A stretch of 64,000 nucleotides of DNA. Origin: Convolutriloba macropyga. Lineage: Eukaryota. The stretch is taken from assembly GCF_964194025.1 (NCBI RefSeq), contig NC_134481.1, forward strand, positions 31,124,001 through 31,188,000, in the 5' to 3' direction. A program made the translations under genes and the position numbers. Positions 26,101-38,100 of this stretch are shown here, in pieces. The notes under the pieces were generated by a model, which was given only the letters and a program-made list of their open reading frames with translations, was not told the DNA's origin and ran no database searches. Position 1 is the first letter of the stretch; each line of letters begins with the position of its first letter.

Positions 26101-29100
26101 AGGTTAAAATGGATTTCTTTTTTAAAACACGGACAGCAATTTGAATCCCAAGATGCGCCAGTTCTGATAAAAAAGAACTCACAATTGGTTGACATTCAGG
26201 GAATCATATTTTGTAGTTTCAAGTCAACCTTATCTTTTTTTACCCCAATCAGATTTTTTGTGATGAGTATTGTCTTCTAAACCGCAAAATTTTCCCTTAA
26301 CCAACTCAACATGAAACTTTTTTAACGTTAACTATTGTGATCTATCTGATTGCAAAAAATTCAGAGCAGTATCGTGTCTGAGGCTTGAGTTGTGTACGAC
26401 CGTTATTTTGAAGAATCGACCGCTCTAATAAAAATTTAAAAAAGATTTGTTGAAAAATCAATATTTTTAATTATATTTTTGATCGTTTGATCAATTCATC
26501 TTAACCATTGTGTCATAGCATTTGAACTTTAACAATAAATCATAGTTATAAATAAATGTATTTATATAGCTGATGGAGATATATTCTCATCCAATGAAAA
26601 CAATAACAGTTCTGCAAATTTTGCAAGTTGAACTTGTATAATCTTGAGAACTAGAGTTTGGTTCCTGAAATATGAGCCTTATATAATATGACGTCACAGA
26701 ACCTCATTTAAGGGGGCTCGACTTCTTGACCTTAAATTAACGGTTTCGCAGAGAAATTGGTCCCCGTCCTCGAAAACGTTTGTTTCCGAACAAAAAATCC
26801 ATTTCGGGTCATGATAATGGTTGCTTAGATTAAAATTTTCTAAGTTGACTCCAGAACCTCCAAAATTTCAAAAAAGCCGCAATACTGGTCTGACCTTTTT
26901 TGAATCTGAAACGTTTAACTACACCCGAAGTTCATGAAAAGTAGACCCGGGTTTATGATTCGAATTAAAGAATTCTTGTTCTAAATTCTGTTTTCATGGT
27001 GGAATCATCGGGTTCATGTTCTCAAAAATTGAATTGTGTCTTAGCGTCATTTTTTGACCGTTTGTCGTTTTTGAAGACCAGAAGTAGTGTGCTGAGGGGC
27101 TCAAGAAACAATTTGAGTGGAAAAGACAAATGATGCCAAAAAGCAACAAAAATTGTTGAAACTAATTTAAAACGAAATAAATATCACAATTTGCTGAAAC
27201 TGAAAAATTCGCAGACAAATGATTATGGTGTTTCGGTCAAAACGCACATCCAAGAACACAAGAATAAAAGAGCATAAGGATGACTGGGGTTCAACTGCAA
27301 AAACAGATTGAAAAGAATAGAAGAAGAGATACTACTGTCACCTTTAAAAATCATCAATTTAAAACTTTTTCTTCACTTTCAAAATTACCCAATCGTTTCG
27401 TTTCGTGAATTTTTTAAAGAAAATTTAAATCGTGCCTATCATTCGGCGAGTTTTAAACAAATTGTAGGCTCTATTCTCGATGGGTGAATGTGAAGCAGAA
27501 TGTTTATCAGTTTTCCCCACTTTTAAGCAAGGAAAATGGAATAGATAATCTAAGTTGAGGGCAATTAATGCTGATGTTCAAATTGCTAATTTATACCTCA
27601 TCCTAATTATAAAGCAAATTCAGTTAAGGCAGAAACTTATCCTAAATCTGTCCCATAAAATCCGATTTAGTTTCTTTTATTGTAACGTGTCGAGTACAAA
27701 AAGCACAATTTTATTAAAATTTCATCTTAAATGTGAGGCCGAATTAAATGATTTTCTTTAAGCAAAGAGAAGTCTGATTGAAAAATTTAAAGGAGAAGAG
27801 AAAAAAATTCATCTTGAATCGTCATCACACAAAGGGTAAAGAGACTTTTTTAATAACACAAGCAGCTAATTTGGTAACAGATATCACATTTGGTTGATTT
27901 GTAGCGGATTTTTTACTTTACCTTTTTTTAAAACTTTCAAATCAATTTTATCTCTTTTTCTCACCAATTATTTTTTTAATGTGTATTACAAAATTGGAGT
28001 CCTACTTACCATTAACTGAGACTTTTGCTCTAAAAACTCAAAAGCTTGATAATTAAATGGAAAAAAAACACAACTGATTCACTGTCAATATATGAAAACA
28101 AGGCGGCTCAGCAATGTGCGATGGCACATAAGGTTCCGACCCCGCCCATCCAGAAATCTTGGCATAATTTTCTACCAAATAAGGAACAGATAGGGAATCC
28201 AAAAATTATTTTTTGGGAATACCAAAAAACCCATAAAAGCCCAAGTATTTTTCAAAAAAATTTTGTATGAATGATAAGATAGCGTCCAAAACAAATAACT
28301 CAGTGCAGTAAAAATTGAAGCATTAAATTGCTGTGATATGCCAATGTTAAGAAAGCGAGTCAAGACGAACAGCAAAATCAAACAACAAAAACAACAACAA
28401 ACATTAATTACATCAAAAACTTTTTGTCCGTTTTAAAAAACAAAATTTAATAACATTTTGTTTTTTAAATCAACATACCATTTAAGTCAACATACCAATA
28501 ACAAAGTCAGATGAACCTAAACCTAAACAAAATAACTTACAAATCAGCAGAAAAGATATGGACCAGTCCATAAAAAGGTTTGGTAACAATTAGACAGAAA
28601 AGAACAAAAACAGTAAAACTAAAAATTTCAAAACTTCAAAGTAATTAAAACTATTAGATATCAAGAAAAATATCAGAAAGATATACTATTACAAATGCCT
28701 CGATAGAAGGGCATTAGGACCTGTCTTTATTCTTTTCTTTAAGTGGCTAAAAAGAACAACAAAAAAAAACAACAAACAAAAATTCAATTAAAACTTGCCA
28801 GAAAACGCTATCAAAACCGTCAAGCCATATTTCGGCCCTCGAAATATATTCGTTTGCGCCTTCTTCAAACAACGACAAAGTAGTATTAGGCCATTTATTA
28901 GTGAGACTAGGTGACCAGTAGACAAAAAAGAGAAACGGGCAAAAATATGTAATAATTTTGATTTTTTTTTCGAAACAAAATTATATCCAAAGTCATGAAA
29001 AAAATTAATTACAAAATCAAAAATTTAAATAGGGTCAATTATTCGTCCAAAACAATTCTTGGAGACCTGCAATTATCCAGAATAATTCTTGCGTCTACAA

Positions 29101-32100
29101 AAAGAACGTCAAACATGACAAAAATCAAATTAATTTACTTTTCTTTGTGAAAAAACCGGTGTCGAAGACAGTAAGGTCATAACGCATTCTTTTAAAAAAG
29201 ATTATGGGACTCAATCCCTTTTGACACCTTCCCCTGACACCCATAATGACATTTTTGACCTGTAACTAACGACATTAGGTACCAAAAAGAAAAATAAGGA
29301 CAACAAACTTGCGAAGATAAAAAGTTTTTTTTTTTTAGTTTTGGAAAACGATTGTTTTCAAAGTCATGAAAGTCATCAGCTATCTACTAATATCAGAATA
29401 TTGGCTCATCTAATCTTCCATGACAAGCCAGTAAAACCTATAACTATACAGTAAATTTCATACAACTGAATTGACAAAGTAAAAATGGCAGTTATAGACA
29501 AATTTAAAAAATTCAATTAATTTCTTGAAGAAAGAATTGTCGAGGCCGTTAAAACGATAATCTATATTTTTAAGGATTTTAATATGTTCAACTGTGTTTC
29601 ATTTTGAACGCTAATTATGTGATATGGGAACTTTCAGTAATGTGATAATGTGACTAGAAAACGTGAAAAACTGGCAAATTTCTAAAAACAAAAAAATCTG
29701 AAATCTAGTAGTATTAGAGCCAGAAAACAATAACTTCAGGCTTAAAAACGCAATCGAGACCAAATTTCAAACCAATAGAATGAAGAAGCATTCTTTCTTT
29801 TCTGACACTAAACTGCAAGTTGACCAAATTAAGAAAAAATATGGAGGAAATGTTCATTAAGCCTTTATTTATTTAAAAATCAATTTTAAAAAGTCGAAAT
29901 TTTTTTAAAAGTCGAAACGACCATAAACTTCCAAGTAAAAACTAAAGGCAATAGCTTGGAGTTGCTTAGGAAGCCAACTGAACCGGTCACTCCTGCGCTT
30001 TCATTTGATATATTCTGTTCTTTATTAATAAAAATAGGTATTTTTTCAAAAAAAAGTCGACTGATTGCAATACGAATTCTTTTTGGATTGTAAAAGTCCA
30101 CGATGGACTTAAAACTAGCCCTCTTAATGCTTATTGTCTGTTAGGAACTATTGATTTTTCGAATATTGTAGAAATAGATAATTTGTTGGTTGAAAACTCA
30201 AAAAAAATTCTGCATTTTTGATAATAAACGAGTAAAGCTAGCTTAAAACGACAAAGTTTTAATTACAGAGCACTGTCAGCGGAAGTTGAAGTAGGAATAA
30301 CCCCTTCTGAGTCTACAAAGATTTTATTAGTGTTGTTTGGGGGTGTAGTGCCGACAAATTTAATCAAAGTGGACTAAAGTAGCTTATTTCGTGCTGTTTT
30401 TGATGAAAAAGGCTGAATTTTGCAATATTTATCCAGATTTTTTGACCAAAAAAATTAAATCAGAATTATCAACAAGGCTTGTTTGTCTTTAAAAATAAAA
30501 ACAACGACACTATTCTTAAAAATTTCAACAAATTTTAGCAAAATTGACGAAAATTTAGGCAAAAATTTTGGAAAATGTGAATAAAAACAACGTGAATTTA
30601 CTCTGCTTTTCTCAGAAGTTTAAACCTCGATAACTCCCTGTAGAAATTAGAAATTGAAAAAATCTTTTTAATTCCATGTTCTACGCTGGACGAGCTTTCT
30701 AGTGATACCAGTCTCAACTCTCTGCGATGAATATATCGATCGGCGAAAATTGACTGAACAAAAAAAACCCTGTGAGTATATAGTTCCTCCCCCCTCAAGA
30801 GGGGTCGGAACAATGAAAACTACCTATATATATTAAAATTGTTTGGGCACAAAAATTTAGTCAACCCATGAGTCGATGCAAACAATGCAGGTCAAGATAT
30901 TCCTTATAATGTAAGCAAAACCTGCAAAAGTTTGTTAATTTAGGAAAAAAATGTAATCATAGATGTTGTAATCCTAACAATTTTGTATGACTTCTTGAAT
31001 TTTTAACGTCGATGCTTTATAATATGAATCATTTACGGTTAAAGTTTTGTTGTCATCCCGTGTCATTACTAACCGTGGGAGCAGCAGGCGTAGCAGCCAG
31101 AACAGGAGTGATGTCATTAGAGGACAAAATGTCAGCCCAGACATAGCTGGTGACTGTGTTAACACCATCTGTCGCCTGGATCGTTATCTGTAAACGCAAA
31201 CATGACTACTTGACACTTGAAAATGCCCTATCGATTAAAAAATTATCGAGAAATTCGGACATTGTAAGATCTCAGAATACAACCATATAGTCTTGCATGA
31301 TAAAGAGAGGTTTTTAAGTCTAGTCAAGCCCTGTATTTTAGCAAGAGTTTACTTCCACAGTTTAAAATGTTGTTCTCACCTAATAAAGTTGGGAGAGAAA
31401 CAGATACTAAAACTCACAACTCTAGCTTTTAGTAACACCTGATGTGACATCAGAAAATTTAATGACGCAATCAGTTTTTTAAAAATTAATTTTGACCCCT
31501 AAGCTACCTATGTCAATTTTGTATCAGAGGTAACCAAATTCTAAATTCACAATTTTTTAGAATATAAAACAAATATCTAATCTCGTTCAATATGAGCCAG
31601 GGCGTCGACCAAATGAACTGGACAATTTGGTCCATTTTACTTCTTTAACTCCAAAAAACGAATCTTAATAATATGAAAAATTGACCTTATACTAAAGGCA
31701 GTTTATGCTAATTGATAATTATAAAACGTCTGTGTCGCCAAATTCCACAAATGAGCGCAATACCCGGGTCGACTTTTTAGGTGAATTTTTGAAAGAAATG
31801 CGGTGATTGCGGTGAATGCGGTGAAAAAGAAATATTTCACCGCATTTCTTACAAAAATTCACCGCCAAACCTCGACCCGGGTACTATTTAAATGTCGTAA
31901 TGAACGCTGGATCGTATAATGTTCTAGAATAACAATTATGGACTGTAGTTTTTCCTGTAAACTGTTTACCTTGTACGAATCTGCATTCATCGTGTCTGGA
32001 TTAGGACTGGTCGCAAGAGCCAAAGTGCAACTGGTCGAACATGCAGCCATACTGAACAAACCATCATTAGGAGCTTGTGCAGTCATTGTAGTAGCCAAAG

Positions 32101-35100
32101 TTCCCGCCGTGTCTGGATCTGTCACTGTGAAGGACAAAATGTTGCCAGTAGGCTGACCCGCTCTGATCTGGAGGAAGCTGACAAGGCCGTTTATTTTGGG
32201 TCGTTCGTCGTTCACATCGTCAATCGTGATCGTTAAAATTGCAGTTTGTCCATCTGATGTAATGGAATGATTCATTTTCTCCATTTTTAAAAACTATTAG
32301 AAAAAGAGTGAAGTTGGATAAAGTTGTGGTTTTAGACAGTTTCGGATAACACGTGAAACTATTTTTTCGAAAAGTTACTATGACACACTTAATTTATGGC
32401 GGTTCATGACTAGTAAAGCATTAAACAAAAGAAAGTTTTTAGTTTAATTTTATGGAAAATTAAACTTAAAAAAATCGTATCCAGAAAAATATATTTAATG
32501 ACAGATTTGGGCATAGTGTTCAATTATAATTAAAGAGTGGGTGAACTGTTTACATCAATCCTAGTTGAAAATTTTGACCAAAAGTTTATAAAATTCTAAT
32601 AATTTTGATTTATGCATTGACTGTCTGATGCCTTGTTTACTGTTCTTTTTAATTTGAAAAATTTTTATTGAACATTTTGATAATTTTAATAGTTTTACTT
32701 ATAGTTCAACAGAAGTACTTCACTCGAATTTTTGCCGTGTTAGACTTATAACTGATGCCTCCTATTATTCTACCGAAATTGCCTCTTATTATACATATGA
32801 ACACCAAGAAATAGCAACAACACAGTAAGGCGAAATAAAATCTATATATGGTAACTCAGCATTATTTCATCAAACTTGGAGTCCAACAGAATTGATTCCA
32901 TTACTAAAAAACCACCTATGTATTTTATCCAATGTATTTGTTTTAGAAGTCCTAATAGGGTGATTTTTCATTAGAAAATAATAAAAAATCTCTCAGAATT
33001 TCTCGAATTGCTTGATTCTTGAAAACAGCTTTAAAGAAAACAGAGCAAAACTCAACATTCAAAATCTCACGTGAAGAATTAATATATTGTTACAGGTTTA
33101 GAACTTTATTCAAAAAATTTTAACCATTGAAAAATGAAAGTTAAAGCCTACTATAAAAGTTATTTTCAATTAATCAAAAAAATCTAGAGTTTCATTTAAA
33201 AAATTTTAAGATCAGAGGGCTGCGTTGAACAAATTTTCACTTGAGAATTTTGTTTATCCAAGAGTAGGGAGATCCATTTCACTGCCGATTGATGTAGGTG
33301 GTGTTCAAACTATTTTTTTAAATTATAACCACAACTGGTATAATTTTCTCGCAGTCAAATTTTTTCAGAAATTCACTTGTTTCAGAAAAAAAATTACACG
33401 CTTGGGCGAATAAAGGTGTTTTTCCGAGCAATGCTTCTTTTGTGATTTTTTTTGGTAACAATTAAGTTTTACTATTATAAAATCATTTTAACAGGAAATG
33501 AAAAAATATGGATTTATTTCTAAAATGAACGGTAGGGAGCTTTTGTTTTTTCTGGTCACAAAACTGTGGATTTTTATCCCCTTAAACCAAATCTATTGTT
33601 GATGTACTTTTTTGCGTCCGCAATTAGAAACGTTTCTACGTTCACAATATAGAGTAGGCAAACAACGTTCACTAATTCATTAACATCTTCTCAATATAGC
33701 CTATCTTTGGTGTATAATGAAGATTATGTTGAGTTGAAAAATTAAAAAGAGCCATAATTTTTGTTGTTCTGAGCAGAAGTTGTGAGGAAAATTTCAAGCT
33801 TAGTTTTTAGATTTTGGAAGCCAACTCAACCCTGGTAAAAAAATGACGCGGATCAAGTTTCTAATGTCTTGCAGATTAATCTGAAACAAGAGTTTTTATG
33901 CTAGATTTCTTTCACTAATTGAAATTGATTTTAGATATCATTGCTGCAAAAGACGTCAGCTTTTTTATTTGTTTTAGTTGTTCAAGTATCATTGACAAGT
34001 GTTTATGTAATCTGCCAAAACTAATGGCAAAATCCGTTTCAATTGTGACTTTTTTCGATTAATATTACTCGGAGTCTAATTTGTGGTCAACGGTCTTTCG
34101 AAAATAAAGAGAAAATTGATAACATTTACTTATCAGATTTTTCTATTTTCAGAAAGATATTATTCGTTTTCTCTGTGGCCGGAAACGGCTAGACTTTGGA
34201 TTTGCCTTCGCTTTTTCTCACTTGAAAAAGTAATATATTGTTACAGGTTTATAATGTTAGTTATAAAATTTTAAATTGTGAAAAATTAATGTTAAAGCTT
34301 AATCTGAAAGTTGTTTTCAAACAATAAAAAAAACTCGAATTTCATAATAAAAATGTAAGCATGTAAGCTCAGAGGTCTGCGTTGTACAATTTTTCACTTG
34401 AGAATTTTTTTTATGCAAAAGTAGGAAGATCCATTTTACTACTACGCGATGTAGGTGGTGTTCGGACTATTTCTTTTTAATTAACCACAACTGGTATAAT
34501 TTTCATGCAATTATATATTTTCAGAAATTCAGTAGTTTCAGAAAAACAATTACATGCTTGGGCGAATAAAGGTGTTTTTCCAAGCAATGCTTCTTTTCTG
34601 ATTTTATTGGTAACAATTTAGTATTACTAGTATAAAATCAACTTAAAGGGATATGAAAAAACGGGATATGTAGAGCAGTTAGCGGAATACGTCACAATTT
34701 TTTTTGATTAAAACTATTGTGTTACGAGATTTATAAGAGCAGATTTTACGATCTTGCTAATGGAAAAATGTGTGTTCTTCGAAGAACATCATTTCATTTG
34801 CAGAAAAAATTATTATTGGAAAAGCATTTCAATATTGTTTCTGTGAAGACACGACGAGGACAGCTGCAAACTACAGTATTTATTTTCAAGTCTTTTTTTC
34901 TTTCCAATTCTTTTCAGAAAATTAGCGGACTGTTTACTAAATATGTAGCATAAAAAAGAGTTTTTCCTACATATACATATCACGTAAATTAGGTGAATTT
35001 TTGTGGAGAAAAGGAAACTGATTATCCCTGGAATATTTGGAAACACATTCGAAGGAGCATCGCGAACAACATTGACAGTCAGAACATACTCTTGATTCTG

Positions 35101-38100
35101 CTCGTAGTCAATTTGGGAGTTCAGACACAAATCTCCAGTGCGGGCATTGATAACAAACGGGTCATCGGAGGGAGAGAAGGACCAGAAGTGGTCGAAGTCT
35201 TCTTCTGTGTCTGACCAGGACATAATTGATCTTAGTTGTTTGCATGTTGTTCCTACAGTATCCGATTCCGAGAAGCTTGTAGTCGCATCTGACAATGTAT
35301 GTACTCCGCCATCGTCATAGGCTTCAACCTAAAATGTAGCCTTCGTATCGGTTTATGGAACCTCAGATTCAGGTCTCGACTTACGAAAAGATCATTTTCT
35401 GCCCTAAAAGTGGCACACTTCTAGGGCAGAAAATGAAAAACACGCTCGATTCAAGTAATACATAAAAAAGACAAAGACTTCAGCTCTGCTTTGGAGGTAA
35501 TAGCGACTCTAGCTCGACACAGTTTTTGCTGCTGGACTTTAGATAGACTTTTTATCTTGACTTTAGTTCGGTGGACCCTGTAATTGTAGTCAATATTGGA
35601 TTATAGATTTCTAAAGTCTTTTCTGAAGTCGAGGTCAACACCAGAGAATGTGTTCATCTCCCTTTTTGTTCCGACCTACTTTAATTGGGGGACGAACTAT
35701 ATACTCAAATGATTTTTTGTCTGTCAATTTTCGACGATCTCTATGTTCATCGTACAGGATTGTGCGTGGTATCATTGAAAAGCTCGTCAAGCGCAGAATA
35801 TGGAGTTAAAAGATTTTTTTTTATTTTTCGCTTTTTTGTTAAAGAGTTAAGTTAACGAGTTTTAAAATTTTGTGGATAATAGACGAATTTTCGTTTTTAT
35901 TCACACTTTCCGACATTTTTGCCTATATTTTTGACAGCTTTGCTAAATTATGTTAAAATTGTAAAATTGTTTTTGAAGAAGTGTTGTTGGTTTCCTTTGG
36001 AAAGATAAAGGCGTGTCGATGAAAAATGTCATCAAAATCTTGGCTTAACCTTCTTCTATCTTTTTAAACAATCAACCTAATTTTTCATCGAAAATTGCAA
36101 AAATTAAGCTTTTTTAGTCAATTTTGCTTACTTTTGCGGGAAGTGAACACCGAAAAATTGCTGACATAATTTGCTTTAGCTCAAAAGAAGGCTAATTTAT
36201 TTCTCCGTTACCTTTAAAAGTTTTCTGGGTTGGAAGTATTGCCGGTTTTTAGCTAATATATCTCAATAATTATACAAACAACACCATTTTTCTTTGATAT
36301 GTGAGCTTTTTTTGTCCAATTGTCTAGATCTATTAAACTGGGAACCATTTCATGTTCTTAATGTGCAACGAGTATTAGCAAGGCTAGTTATGGTCTGATT
36401 GTGGAATTTTAAAATCCAAAAATTTATCCGGATTGTAATCAGTGGCTATCTTTTTTTTCAAAAACAGTTACAAACTTTTTATGTTCATTACAGAACAACA
36501 CAATTCATATCGAGGCTCACTGTTGACAGCTCCAATTGGCTTCATGAACAATTACCAGTTAAAATTTTTAAACTTTTTACTCAAATGGTTTGTCGTTTTG
36601 AATTTAAAATTGTTTGTTTGAAATAAAAAGGCGATTATAGAGCTCTGCCATTGTTTTTTTTGTGACGCTAAAGCAAAATTTTAACAAAGACAGAAAGCAT
36701 TTTCAGTTTAGTGAATTTTTAATCTCTATGGCGGTTTTAGGCTTTCAGTAAAAGTTTTCTGGCTCGAAAACTTCTAGTTTTAAACAAAACTGATTAATGG
36801 ACATTTGCAAGTTCTTTAGATTCTTTTTTTTCTGGTTTTGTCAGTTTATCAAATACTTTATAAGACAATTTTCAATTTAAAATTGATCAAAAAAGGCACA
36901 AATAAACATATAATTTTTCAAGGAATAGAGTGTTTTTAACGGCTTTGACACCGTTTTCTAGAAAAATTTATTACAATTTCTTCACTTTTGTCTGTTGTTG
37001 CCTTACTTCTTGTTCTCATATGACACTTTCTGTATAATAAATTGTCTCAATGATGTCGATTCTTGTTTTGGAGGAATATAAGAGCCTATTTAAGCATTTT
37101 AATTGATAGCGGATGGTTTTCATGTCAAGAATTATAACTTTTTCAAGAAATGTAAGAGATCTTTTGCAAAAAATTTCCAACTTCTGTTGTCTTTGCATAT
37201 TTGTTACCTAGTATCATCAACCACAGGTTACACATCGCACTTTGGAGATTGTACGAACACGCAATTGGAGACATCTAGTGTAAAGTGGAATAATTATGTT
37301 TTGATTTGAAAACGGTTTTTCATATGACAAATTCGGCTTTTTGCCAGGAAGTAGTAGCTTCCTTGGAGAATAATAAAAACATTTACTTATTTTAATGAGC
37401 AGCTGATAGATTTTCTTGACACTAAAAATAATTGTTTTCAAAAACAAAATTTTTTTGAAAGTTTTTGTTTTTTTGTCTCTTTGTTAACCACTGTTAATAG
37501 ATGCAACACAAATATCACTTTTCTGGCATCAGAGGAAGATGAATTTGATTAAAGTTGTTTTTAAAAACTTATTTTTTAACGGCTTCGACCCCAGTTTTTT
37601 GCCAAAAATAATTAATATTCTTTTAAGTTTGTTTCTGTGTTTGAGTGTTTTTGTAAACGTATAACAATTTTTGGTTGAGGACAAGGCTCTTTGGCTTCCA
37701 TTTAAAAAATAAAAGAACCTGTTTAAGTATTTGAATTGATAGCTCATGGTTTCCAAGATTTGCATTAATATTGTTTTCAAAAAAATTAAAATTTTTTAAC
37801 TTTTTGACTTCTGTTCTTTTCTGTCTATTTTCGTTAAATAGTTAGTTTTTTAACTACAAGTCAAATATCTCAGTATTGTTGTTGAAAAAAACGCGCAGTT
37901 GACTATATCTAAATTTTTCAAGCGAATTGATTAAAGTTATAACTGGTTTGACACCAGTTTTTCGATTTGTTTTCTTTTTCGATATTTGTCTGCAATTGAA
38001 GTTAATTTTGTTAATGTATCACAGTTTCTGATAAGAAAAATTCTCTTGTTTAATGAATTGATATTTTTGCCGATTGGTTAAATCACTTTAAAGGTAATTG

